From the NCBI GenBank assembly GCA_900088475.1, contig FLMG01004384.1, positions 1 through 36,680 on the forward strand: 36,680 nt of DNA, in the 5' to 3' direction. Source of the DNA: Hyphochytrium catenoides. Its lineage: Eukaryota > Protista > Hyphochytriomycota. The notes below the pieces were generated by a model, which saw nothing but the letters and a program-made list of their open reading frames with translations, was not told the origin of the DNA and made no database searches. Positions 12,039 through 22,102 of the stretch are shown here, piece by piece (within the stretch, counting starts at the first letter, position 1; each line of letters opens with the position of its first letter). The position numbers were made by a program, and so were the translations under genes.

Positions 12039-13679
12039 TTAGGCCAGCAGATGGATGTGTTCTTCCCCTAACGATGAAGCTTCTTCCGCTACCCGCGCGT
12101 CTCCTTCTTCCTGGAGCCGTTTCTGAGCAGCCTGTGCTTGTGCAGTCCAATTGAACTTGTAAACAAATCGAGTGAAGACCGCAAAGTTGCAGGCAATTGC
12201 CAAGGTCAGACCACCCCACAAGCCGAGGACTCCTAAGCCACAAGGAAATCCTAAGAATAAGCCTAGAGGAATGCCTAGGAGATAATACATAACGAGATTG
12301 TACTTGGCTGCTGTGCTCTGCTCTCCGCAGCCCTTCACTATCCCCTGTAATGTCGCTACACATCCATCGAAGATGTGGGCTGCAATACTGATGAACATCA
12401 TCGGGATGACATACTTGAGAACCTCTGGGTCCTTAGAAAAGCCATTACTGATCTGCTCCCTGAAAATTAGAAGAAGCCCGACGTCAAGTGTGGTCACGAG
12501 TAGGCACAGGCCCATTCCCAGATAACACGAGTTGCGGGCAAGAAGAGGATGGTTTGCCCCCAGAAGGTTGCCACATCGGATGGTCACCGCTTCAGCCAGG
12601 CCCATGGGTATCATATAGAGCGTAGAAAGGATGCTGAGAACAATATTGTAGGCAGCTAGCTCCGAGGTACCCAAAATCCCAGCGAATATGCAGAGAACCT
12701 CGAACGCCCACCATTCAAGACATATTTGAAGGCAGGAGGAGGTTGCCAGTGAACAAAGCTGGCTCCATCTCTGTAAGGCCGCCCTGTGAAAGCCGAAGAA
12801 TAGCCGTTCCTCTCCCTGTGGATCAAAGGGGCCACAATTAGCATAAAAAGGATTAAAACATACAAAAACATCAACTAAGGTACGCACCTCTGGCCTCGGC
12901 CACGTCTTCTTATGGATGCCAAAATACAGGATCCAGCCCACAGTGAAAGCAAAGGAGACCCAACGCTGGACTGCAACGGCCAGCGCCGCACCGATGAACC
13001 CGACCTCAGCAACCTCAATAAGCAGATAGCAAGTGGAGGTGTTGACCACCATACATGCCAAGCTCGAATACATCGTGAAGTCGACGATGCCTTGGATCTG
13101 CAGATACTTTAGCAGAACGATGTTCCACGTTAGAGGTAGATAGCCAAGGCTCAGCCAGCGCACGTAGGAGCCTGCATACTGAGCAATATCGGGGTGCTGC
13201 CCCAGAAGCAACAGGATGTCTTCCGCAAAGATTGACAGGAGTAAACAAGGTATTAAGAGAACTGAAAGGAAGAGAAGTCCCCTCTGCACGTAAATTCCGA
13301 CGAGGTGATACTGTTTGGCGCCATTAGCTTGGCTGAGGAGAGTGTCAAGCGCTGTTGACATACCAACAAGCACAGACACGGCAGTGATGTTGCTGTACAT
13401 TATTGCTAAGGAAGCTGCTGCAACATATTCCGTCCCCAGAGGACCAATGAAGAGTAGATTCAGCAGCTGAGGAACACTGCTAATGAGGTTCGACACTACT
13501 AATGGTAGGGCTAACCTCATGAGTAGAGGTATCTCGAAGGCTATGATACCATATATAGAGGCTTGCTGTGCAACAGGGACAGGCATTTCTTCCGGGTGTA
13601 GACCGTCCTCCATGCTCAGCTTGCTCGACGTTGACGCTGTCCGTACTTTATCTTGAGGGAGAGGCTGCACTGCAGACAT
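12039..13679 (-). CDS. MATE family (SLC47/DTX-like) efflux transporter, copy 1; probable intron 12816-12887
   Basis: ALDTLLSQANGAKQY, CLEWWAFE, RCGNLLGAN, QGIVKGCGEQ, YYLLGIPLG and GLWGGL motifs, with about 12 hydrophobic segments. First ATG is at 13679 (the ORF track start at 13715 is GTG). Confidence 0.93.
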   Translation of the reverse strand: MSAVQPLPQDKVRTASTSSKLSMEDGLHPEEMPVPVAQQASIYGIIAFEIPLLMRLALPLVVSNLISSVPQLLNLLFIGPLGTEYVAAASLAIMYSNITAVSVLVGMSTALDTLLSQANGAKQYHLVGIYVQRGLLFLSVLLIPCLLLSIFAEDILLLLGQHPDIAQYAGSYVRWLSLGYLPLTWNIVLLKYLQIQGIVDFTMYSSLACMVVNTSTCYLLIEVAEVGFIGAALAVAVQRWVSFAFTVGWILYFGIHKKTWPRPEVRTLVDVFVCFNPFYANCGPFDPQGEERLFFGFHRAALQRWSQLCSLATSSCLQICLEWWAFEVLCIFAGILGTSELAAYNIVLSILSTLYMIPMGLAEAVTIRCGNLLGANHPLLARNSCYLGMGLCLLVTTLDVGLLLIFREQISNGFSKDPEVLKYVIPMMFISIAAHIFDGCVATLQGIVKGCGEQSTAAKYNLVMYYLLGIPLGLFLGFPCGLGVLGLWGGLTLAIACNFAVFTRFVYKFNWTAQAQAAQKRLQEEGDARVAEEASSLGEEHIHLLA

Positions 13680-13984
13680 TTTTGGGAGGCCTTCAGTCTG
13701 CCACTGGTGGGACACTTGGTTAAAATAGAAGTGTGGGTCTGCTAATTAGCTGATTCAACCTTGAACCTCGGAAAGCTGCGCAGCGGATAAGGTGGAAGTA
13801 GAGAACTCGATGAGGAGTACGAGCACTAATGACTGCTGTTGGATGGGTTGAAGGCGAAGCGCGAGACGTGAGTGGTAGTCCTTAGTAAGAGTCACTGGAC
13901 GTCGGGCAACAGTGATGGACTGCTGAGCTGATGAACAACGAATGATGAGTTGTGGAGGCCAAGAAATGGAGGATAGGGCACGGG

Positions 13985-13992
<8 letters not shown>

Positions 13993-14020
<28 letters not shown>
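13993..14020. repeat. (AG)14 microsatellite upstream of MATE copy 1
   Basis: Read directly from the sequence. Confidence 0.9.
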
Positions 14021-14023
<3 letters not shown>

Positions 14024-14857
14024 GCGGGAGAAAGAGAGAGAGGTAGACTGGGAGGAGCCCACAAGCCGCCGTTGAAACCTCGCAGGGTTGCAGCCGAAGC
14101 GCCACCAAGCAGCTGTTCGTACCAGAAAGATGTGCGCACATTCCTATTTCCCAGGTCAATTCAGACTGCCTCCAGTAGCAGTAGTGATGGTTGGCCTCTG
14201 CTGGGTCAACAACAGAAAGATTCGCAGCATTTTCTCCTCGTAACGCCGCTGTAGGAGTGAAGGTGAACACTGCAACTGAAGATTGTAACCCCTTTCTTGA
14301 CCAACAATGCACACCTTTACTTGTTCTTGTTCTTGGCCATGCTCAAGGTGAGGGAAGAAGGATTCGTGTAGATAAACCCTGCCTTGCTATGATATCCGCT
14401 GGGAGATCCGTTGAACAAAGGCTCTTGAGCGCTTGAATAAAAGAAGAGGGTTTTCAGTAGGCTGTTGTCTCTGCTGCCTTACGAGTCCATTTGCCCTGCT
14501 GAGGCGGACACTGCTTTGTTATGGATGGGAAGAAAGATCATAATGAACCTTAGAAGAAAGTGGCCTGTCCACTGGTTGAAGTGCATTGATCGTTACCTAA
14601 AAGCTAGTGGATTTTATAAATTATTTATGCCTGTATGGGTGGGTGAGGCCTTCAGTGAGAATACATTGACACCGCCCTCCTTGGGGAGCCCTGCCCCTTG
14701 TCTGCAACTGCCCCTGCTCTAAAGGGAGGCAGTGATGCTCGGGTGGGGCATCATGATAGGATTTTATAATAGATACCCCATGGAAGTGCATTGAGCTTGA
14801 GCGCTAGACACTGGCAACCAAGCGTGAAAACATCTTCTTCTCGAAGGTTTAACAACG

Positions 14858-16455
14858 TCAACGTCTATAGAGAAGCGCTGTCATCTCGTCTGGACTTACT
14901 GGACCGTCAGCCCGACTCGTTGTTGGTGATAACGAATCCTCTTCAATAAGTCTCTTTCGAACTAGCCCTACCTCAGCCTTCCAATCCATCTTCCAAACAA
15001 AGCGGAAGAAGACCACCGCATTGCAAATGATGCCCAACGTCAGCCCCCACCATAGTCCCTTAACTCCCATGCCACAAGAGAAAGCTAAAAGTATAGCTGC
15101 TGGGATACCTAACAGGTAGTACACCCCGAGGTTGATCTTAGCAGCCACTCCCTGCTCCCCACAACCCTTCATAATGCCCTGGAGCGTCGCAACACAGGCA
15201 TCTGCACAATGTGTAACAACATTTACCAAGATCAGTTGTACAACGTAGTCCTCCACCTCTGCGTCATTGGAGAAGGCCCTGCTGATCGGGTGCCTGAACA
15301 GAACCAGACATCCGACATCTACAATGCCCATAAAGAGGGCCAGCCCCAGGCCTATGAAGCAGGTGTTCTGCGCCAGTGACGGCAAATCCGCCCCCAGAAG
15401 GTTGCCACAGCGAATAGTCACAGCTTCAGATAGACCCAGAGGAATCATGTATAATGTCGAGATGATACTTTGCACGATGTTGAATGCAGCTAGCTCTACC
15501 GTGCCAAGCATACCGGCAAAAATACAGAGAACCTCGGATGCCCACCACTCCAGGCACACTTGCATGCAGGATGACAACGCCAACCTAGCCATTTGTGACC
15601 AACGTCGGAGAGATTCTCGATGAAAGCCAAAACATAGTCTATCCTCACCCTAGTTCCAACCGAGAGGAGTTAGCTGCGTCTTAGTAGGGTTTCCATAGCG
15701 GAGTACTGGCTTCGTTTCAGGGCATCTATGATTTCACTTACCCGCGGATTTGGCCAGGCCTTCTTATGCAGTGCGAAGGAATATATCCAGGCCCATGTAA
15801 AGAGAAAGGAGAACCAGCGCTGGATGGTAACAGCCAGGGCAGCTCCAATGTAGTTGAAGCGTAGTACTACTATGAGAAGGTAGCAGGCAGTAGAGTTAAC
15901 TGCCAACCCTATAATGGTGGAGTACAGAGTGAAGTTCACGATGCCCTGGACCTGGAGGAACTTGAGCAACACGATGTCCCAGATGAGTGGTAGGTAACCC
16001 AGCGATAGCCACCTAACATAACGACCCGCTAAATGCGCAACCTCTGCATCTTGCTTCAGTATGACCAGGACATCTTCAGTGAAGTACGATATAAGACAGC
16101 ACGGAGCAGAAAGAGTTGAGAAGAAAAGTAATCCCCGCTGGAGGTAGATGCCCAGAAGGTCATAGCGCTTGGCCCCGTTAGCCTGGCTGAAGAGAGTATC
16201 CAGCGCTGTCGAGGCGCCGATAATGATTGAGAGGCTGGTAATGTTTGTGAACATTATGGCCAACGACCCTGCTGCCACCACTCTGGTTCCAAACTCCGAA
16301 AGGAAATACAGGTTGACCAGCTGTGGGAGATAGCTGATGAGATCAGCTGCAATCAATGGGAGGGCAAGATGGAGCAGAAGAGGCAGCTCCAAGCTGAAGG
16401 CTTCCATGAGGCCCTCCCCCTCCCTCCGAGGTAAGAATTGTAAGCAACCTTCCAT
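14858..16455 (-). CDS. MATE family efflux transporter, copy 2; intron 15650-15741; true start may lie in an upstream exon (to ~16700)
   Basis: ALDTLFSQANGAKRY, CLEWWASE, RCGNLLGAD and QGIMKGCGEQ motifs. ORFs 15670..16458 and 14858..15592 are joined by a GTAAGT...TAG intron (WPNPR|GEDRLCFGFH). Confidence 0.92.
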
Positions 16456-17502
16456 CACATTGCTCCCCTACACACGGCAAAGGCAAATCATCAGTGAGAC
16501 GTATCAGCTGGCACGGGCCATCATTGCTACGCGGTGCTAAGCCCTAGGAATGCTAAGCCTGAAGAAGTACAGCTTTCTACAGTTACAGCTACTTCCTCGT
16601 CCCCCCAGCACACTGACGTCAAAGGTGATGATGAGCTCTTACAAGCTAGGAATTCAAGGAGAAGAGAGAAGAGTGCGCCTGCGCGACGACGATGCTCATC
16701 GCGCCGAACTTGGACAAGAAACAAGAGGGTCCTGCTAGTAGGTGGGATTCCTTACAATCACTTGACAACTAGTTAATTATAAGTGTCAACCTTGCCACAG
16801 CTTTTCATCACCAGACTATGATACAGGGTGTGAATTAACACTATTCACACCTCACTAGAGACAGTGGGTGTGAAAAAGAAGGATCGATGGCAGGTTTGTC
16901 CAGGGTGAAAGGTCATTGTTAGATCCTTCAGAAGCAGGCTTTGTATGTAAGCTGAAGACGGCAAGGCCCAGCAAAAGGGCTGAAGAAGATGACGATGGCC
17001 GCCGCACTGCAATAGCGCTGAGAGCTGCGTCTTCCTCGTAAAGTGTTCATCGAGGAAACACTGTAAATCACATGTTGGATGATTCCATTCTAGGGTAAAC
17101 GGGATCTCAGTTCCTCCAAACGGCAAGGGTGCGGGAAGGAGCACAGCACGACTATGTCCACCTTTGTTCTGATGCTATTTGGACTGTTATGTCGCGAGCT
17201 CTGATGAGGTCGGGACCTCCGGCTCTGTAAATCGACGGCGGAGGTCACGTTTTCAAGCAGTCTAATAATTCGAAAAATTTTCTTAAGCTTACTTGTTGCC
17301 AATCCAATGTACCTGACTAGTTATAATCAATGGTACTGATGTTGTCTTCTTCGGGGCAACAATACTTGGCTGCGGCTCCGCGGTGTTAAAAGCAGCACAG
17401 GATATCAAAATAGCTTGTGCTCTGGCACCATGTGACATGTTGTTTCCGCGGTTAACGCCACAACCTCACCCACAAGATCCGCAGCACGAGTATGACCGGG
17501 AC

Positions 17503-19404
17503 CTATATATAAAGGTAGATGGGGCCGTCTGATGACCCATCTTCAAGGTAGTATTCCTCTTCACGGCCTCCCCGTCCACCCCCATGTGCAGGCGATGGAA
17601 CTGATTGGCTTCGATGAAGCGTTCGGGACCTAGTCGGAGCAAGCCCAGCATCCTGGCCCTCCAAGTACAACGGCAGCGTAGTTGATCTCTGAAATGTTCG
17701 TGGATTGGGAGACTCCCATGCCATATAGCTGTTGCGCAGGACGGAAATGCCTTCAATCCCATAGGGCGTTACGGGAGTCTTCGCATTTAGAGAGAGATAG
17801 TACTTGAGCGCAGACGACTCTGGAGCCGTGTTGCCAGGCAGAGTGTGTTTGTTCATCGCTTCCTCTGTATGCTTTGGCTTCACAGGGGTGAGGAGATCCT
17901 CAGGAGCTAACCTGATCTCTATCTTCCCTGATTGACGCTCCTGGCCCTCTCTGAGCCGCGCGCCAGCCTGCAGAAGAGTCGTATCCCTCTCACGGTTCTT
18001 CTTTAGAGGTTGCAGTTTCTACATAAGGGAAAGAGGTGTTGCAACGGCGTGTTTGTCCTTAGCTTCAATGGGCATAACTGGCAGCCAAGTTGAGTATTGC
18101 TTACCAGGGGGTTCTGAGGATGGAGCTTGTTATGAACGTAGCTGTAGACCCTGGTCCAATCCACACGGTAGATCAAAAAGACCACTACCTGTGAAAAATG
18201 AGGGGCAATCTCAGTAATCGTGGCCACAATTTAGCGGAGGGCAAAGACCCAGCTTACCCCGATTATAGATGTCTTTATCTGAAACATGACGCAGACGGGG
18301 TAGATAGTGCTCGTGGCAAGGGCAATGGCCCTTGGCCTCTCCGACTTTCTCATAATGATGAGATCAGCGGCCAAGAAGGCGTTCAGGAACGTGTATGAGT
18401 AGAAGTAGCCGACGTGAAGGAAGTAGTGGATAATATAGCCGTTAGTGAAGGCCCTTCGTTCTTCAAAGTCTGGAGGCAGGGCCGGATGATTGGTGGCTCT
18501 TCTAAGAACGATGATGACCCGGATGACATAGTAGAGAGTCACCCAAGTAAACACAAAGGCCCAAACTTGTCCCAAAAGGAGTCTGTTACCATAGAGTGGT
18601 CAGTACACCGAAGCGCGGTTGCGTCAGCTGCTGCATGGCTAAGATGTACCTTGCAAACCTCACTTCATCAGATATCCAGCACTCAAGCTGGTAGTCTGCA
18701 GGGCCATATCCTGCGAGAAATAGTGCGCCAATGGTCGTGATGGCTGGTACAATCCAACAAGCAGCGTGGTAATATTTGGCCCTCTCTCTCATTTTTTTGA
18801 TGTTCTTGTTCAGTGCTAGGATCTATGAGAGAGGAGGTCCTTAGCCCTTAACGACTTGCTTGATTGCTATTCGAGTTGTCGTCTCGGCTTACCTGGTAAG
18901 CAACAACAAAGACAACCAAGAAGATATTTCCCATCGCGGCAACTGTAACTTGAAATAGCATGCCCTACCATGTGCTTCTATCAGACAAGCTCAGCCTTCC
19001 AGCTAGAGATCAGCTATAAGGGGCAACATACCTGGATCGAGCAGAGGCTGAAAGTCGATGGGCTGGGGATAATGTGGGAGTAACCAACCAATATCCCGAG
19101 CCCAGCATTTATGTGGAAGATCAAGAGGCATATCCTAGGGAAGACGAAGTTAGCTTGATATAGAGTAGCTTCTTTTTTTGATGCTCCAGACGAACCAGAT
19201 AGCGACTTTGAGATTGTCTGGAAACCCCAGGGTCTTTATTTTTGACCACTCTCGAATGAGGATGCTGATCAGTGCCAGAACAGAAAGCCATGATAGTACC
19301 CCGTGAATGTCAGCCACGTCCGCTCGGCATTGCAGGAGATTCTCAACTGCTTTATCGGCCAAGGGAGAATAAGTGGTGACCTTGGTTCGCAACGGATCCT
19401 CCAT
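17503..19404 (-). CDS. 7TM GPCR-like protein, cAMP-receptor-like (CAR/GCR1-type), 7 exons
   Basis: The spliced product has seven hydrophobic segments: GVLSWLSVLALISILI; VAIWICLLIFHINAGLGILV; CSIQGMLFQVTVAAMGNIFLVVFVVAYQIL; YYHAACWIVPAITTIGALFL; LLGQVWAFVFTWVTLYYVIRVIIVL; YIIHYFLHVGYFYSYTFLNAFL; AIALATSTIYPVVVFLIY. It has the TM3 Cys (LCSIQG) and ECL2 GYGPADYQLECWI. The last exon (18018-17503) encodes a long hydrophilic tail. Confidence 0.8.
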
Positions 19405-20727
19405 TTAGCGGCGCCTTCTGCTTGCGTCTACTACGCACTTACTTCTGTGCACAGATATATCCGTCCATAATGCCGTAGATTCCGTTGTGCTGCGTTCACC
19501 GATCTAGCCCCGGTATCGGGGAAGCTACTGTCCACCAATGACACGAGGAGATCTCTTACTACTTTCCAGGTTATGAAGCAGCCCTCTGCTCTCAGTTCGA
19601 GGCTCGTTAACCCAGTAATCTAGGATGGTGAGCTCAGCAGAAGCCAAAGTGAACAATAGTTGCCAACCCCGGCGCCCATACAATAGAGTTCGGGTCTTCA
19701 CAGTCGTTTGAAGATGTTCCTCTGGCTGCTTCTGCTTGGCCTTGTCGGCGTCCGCATGGGCAGGCTTTCAGACCCGATAGAACTTCTATAGTTGCTCCCC
19801 AACCGGGCTTCCTCCTATCGGAGGTCAGAAGTGGGTGTCAGACTCTGAACAAGAAGCAGCGCTCACATTGCGACGACACCACAAGGCACAGAGGCAACAA
19901 GGCCCTTATCACTGTGGTGAGGAGACTGCGAATGCCCTCAGCAAGTTGAGCAGATAACAAGAGAGACAGAGGACAACGCTTGGTGGTAGGTATGGTCGCA
20001 GAGTTAATCAGAGCCGGTGCTATATATTTGTGTCCTGAGGAGGGATGCTCTGTCACAAGTCCCCAGTAGGCAATGATGCGTGAACAAGACAGAGTGGAGA
20101 GAGAGACATCAGGGACGGACTTACCATGGCCCGTTAGCACCACAACTGTTCAGTTGCAGCAAATACAAGAAACAGATTGGCTCACAGTCTTATACCAGTC
20201 CGTCTAAATCTCCATACAGCTGTCGAATAAGTAGTAAGTAGGGTAGAGCTTAGAGCTACACCCTAACCTAAAGTCGCTAGGATATAAAATAGTGAGCACT
20301 CTACCTAAAACCTAACCACTCAAACACCACATATGAGCAAACAAAACGATTCCTAGTAGGAACATCTATCGGTTACCTTAGGTAGTATTACACTGAAAGG
20401 CCCAGATGCCTAGAGTTCCATCCTAGTTTTATACCCAACCAGTAATAGCCTTGATGCGTTGCCATACAATGCGGTGTTCTATTTTCCTCTACAATATTAG
20501 GGCCGAATAGGGAATAGCACTATTTATTTAGAAACAACCATGATGTGGTTCTACCTGTACGGTCATAGATGTCAGTAGGAACTACGCGAGCTTTCATTTG
20601 AAGCAGCCGTTCTTACCCCAGATAAGCAAGCCCCAGAGCTAGAGTGATGGCGGTCATAAAGCTCTTCCTTTCAGTCTCAAGTACGGTAGAGGCTGAGGTT
20701 ATGCCCGTCAGCAGATTTATTTATTAG

Positions 20728-21463
20728 GAGTGACTTCGCGAGAAACGCGAAGAAAAACGTGCAACCCTAAAGTGCCGAGTGCCTAACATTCACTGTGTGA
20801 GCTTTTCGATGGAGAGTGCCGAGCTTAGACCTGGAGTTTGTATGGGGACACTCCAGCCCATTCAGGTCTATGATCCCCTGTACTGGAGCTGTACTGCCAC
20901 TCCTGGGGGCTGTGACCGACCTCCCCCCTTCCAGGGGACAGCCAGACTAAGATCTTGATTTCAATGTTTTCCGATGGGAAGTGCCGAGGAACACGTTAGA
21001 TTCTGTCTGTGCCAAACTCGTTGTACGTTTTGGAGCGTAAGCCAGTCTTTTTGTTCGTCAACTCTCTGGTGCCTAGTCCATATATATCGTAGAGGATTTG
21101 GGGTACAACATGTAAGGCATGAGCTACTACCTAAGACAATATGCCTAAGGTTTATTTTACATAGAAGCGTTCATCTCCCTTCACCTTATAAGTTCGTTGT
21201 GTCACATGGAATAGCTGCACAACGGACTCCTTGGTACAGGAGTAACATCGAACAGACAGGATTTGTCCCCTTCCTGCAGACGGCAGTAGGGAAGTCTACC
21301 AGATAACACTGGGAAGGGCTATCAGCATGCGGAATATTGGAGCGAAAACCCCCATTCAACTCGATTCGGCATATTGATATCTGTGCCACATATTTAGAAT
21401 TCTGCAGAACTTCAGATTGCCAAAATTTGTATGCAAATCTTCGCATCTCTCGCGAAGTCACTC
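20728..21463. mobile_element. Putative non-autonomous DNA transposon (MITE-like) with 26-bp terminal inverted repeats
   Basis: 20728-20753 reads GAGTGACTTCGCGAGAAACGCGAAGA and the reverse complement of 21438-21463 reads GAGTGACTTCGCGAGAGATGCGAAGA (24/26 identical). TA/TTA-like flanks on both sides. No recognisable internal gene. Confidence 0.65.
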
Positions 21464-22102
21464 TTAGATTTCTGAATCAGCACCATACATGAGATGGAGA
21501 CCAGACCCTACAAGATCGAATGCGCACTCTTTGGTGCTGAGCAGCGGAGTGAGCAGGAGACTTGTCCGGGGTGCACGCCGTGGCCCCACTTCAGGGTAAG
21601 TGAAGCTTTCCACTGCTGTCCAACGGCCTCATGGTGTCCTCTCGAAGTCCACTATTGAGGTGTTGCTTAGCGAGTTTAGCGAGGCCCTTCTCGGCATCGG
21701 GCAAACCAGAGTAGATGATAACGGATGTAATTTCTGATGTCTTGTGATGTCCTGAACGGAGCATCCAGGGCCATCGCCAATTGACTAGGGAAGTGCAGGC
21801 CATACTAATAAAGCGGCATTTCTGGGAGTTGGGGACAAGTAAGGAAGAGCAAGCAGAACACATAGCTGAAGTGGATGGTCTACATGGAAACAAGACACCT
21901 GAGCGACCATCGAACTGTACAAAGTTAGCCCTGTTGTTACAGGTGCTACTTTATTTAGGCCCCGGGCCCTACAGCTATTATAAGAAGCGTGAAGATGAGT
22001 GTGTACATTGAAGAGGATCTAGACCTCATCCTTGTCGCACAATGTCCGTAGTGAGGAGTGTGTTGCGCTCATCCAGACTAGTCCAGGCTTAGATGTTGGA
22101 TC

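Noticed and set aside
13755-14436. Overlapping 80-185 aa ORFs upstream of MATE1
   Set aside because: They are driven by the (AG)n microsatellite (SLSLSL/ERERE), mostly begin at non-ATG codons and show no recognisable domain.
18003-18104. Cys-rich short GPCR C-terminus (…LCRNCNL*) as a lipidation signal
   Set aside because: A strong GTAAGC donor at 18104 joins in frame to the long tail exon at 18018. The short end needs intron retention and is not a CaaX box.
20974-21461. ORFs inside the TIR-bounded element as a transposase
   Set aside because: They are short and show no DDE/DDD or HTH-like motif.
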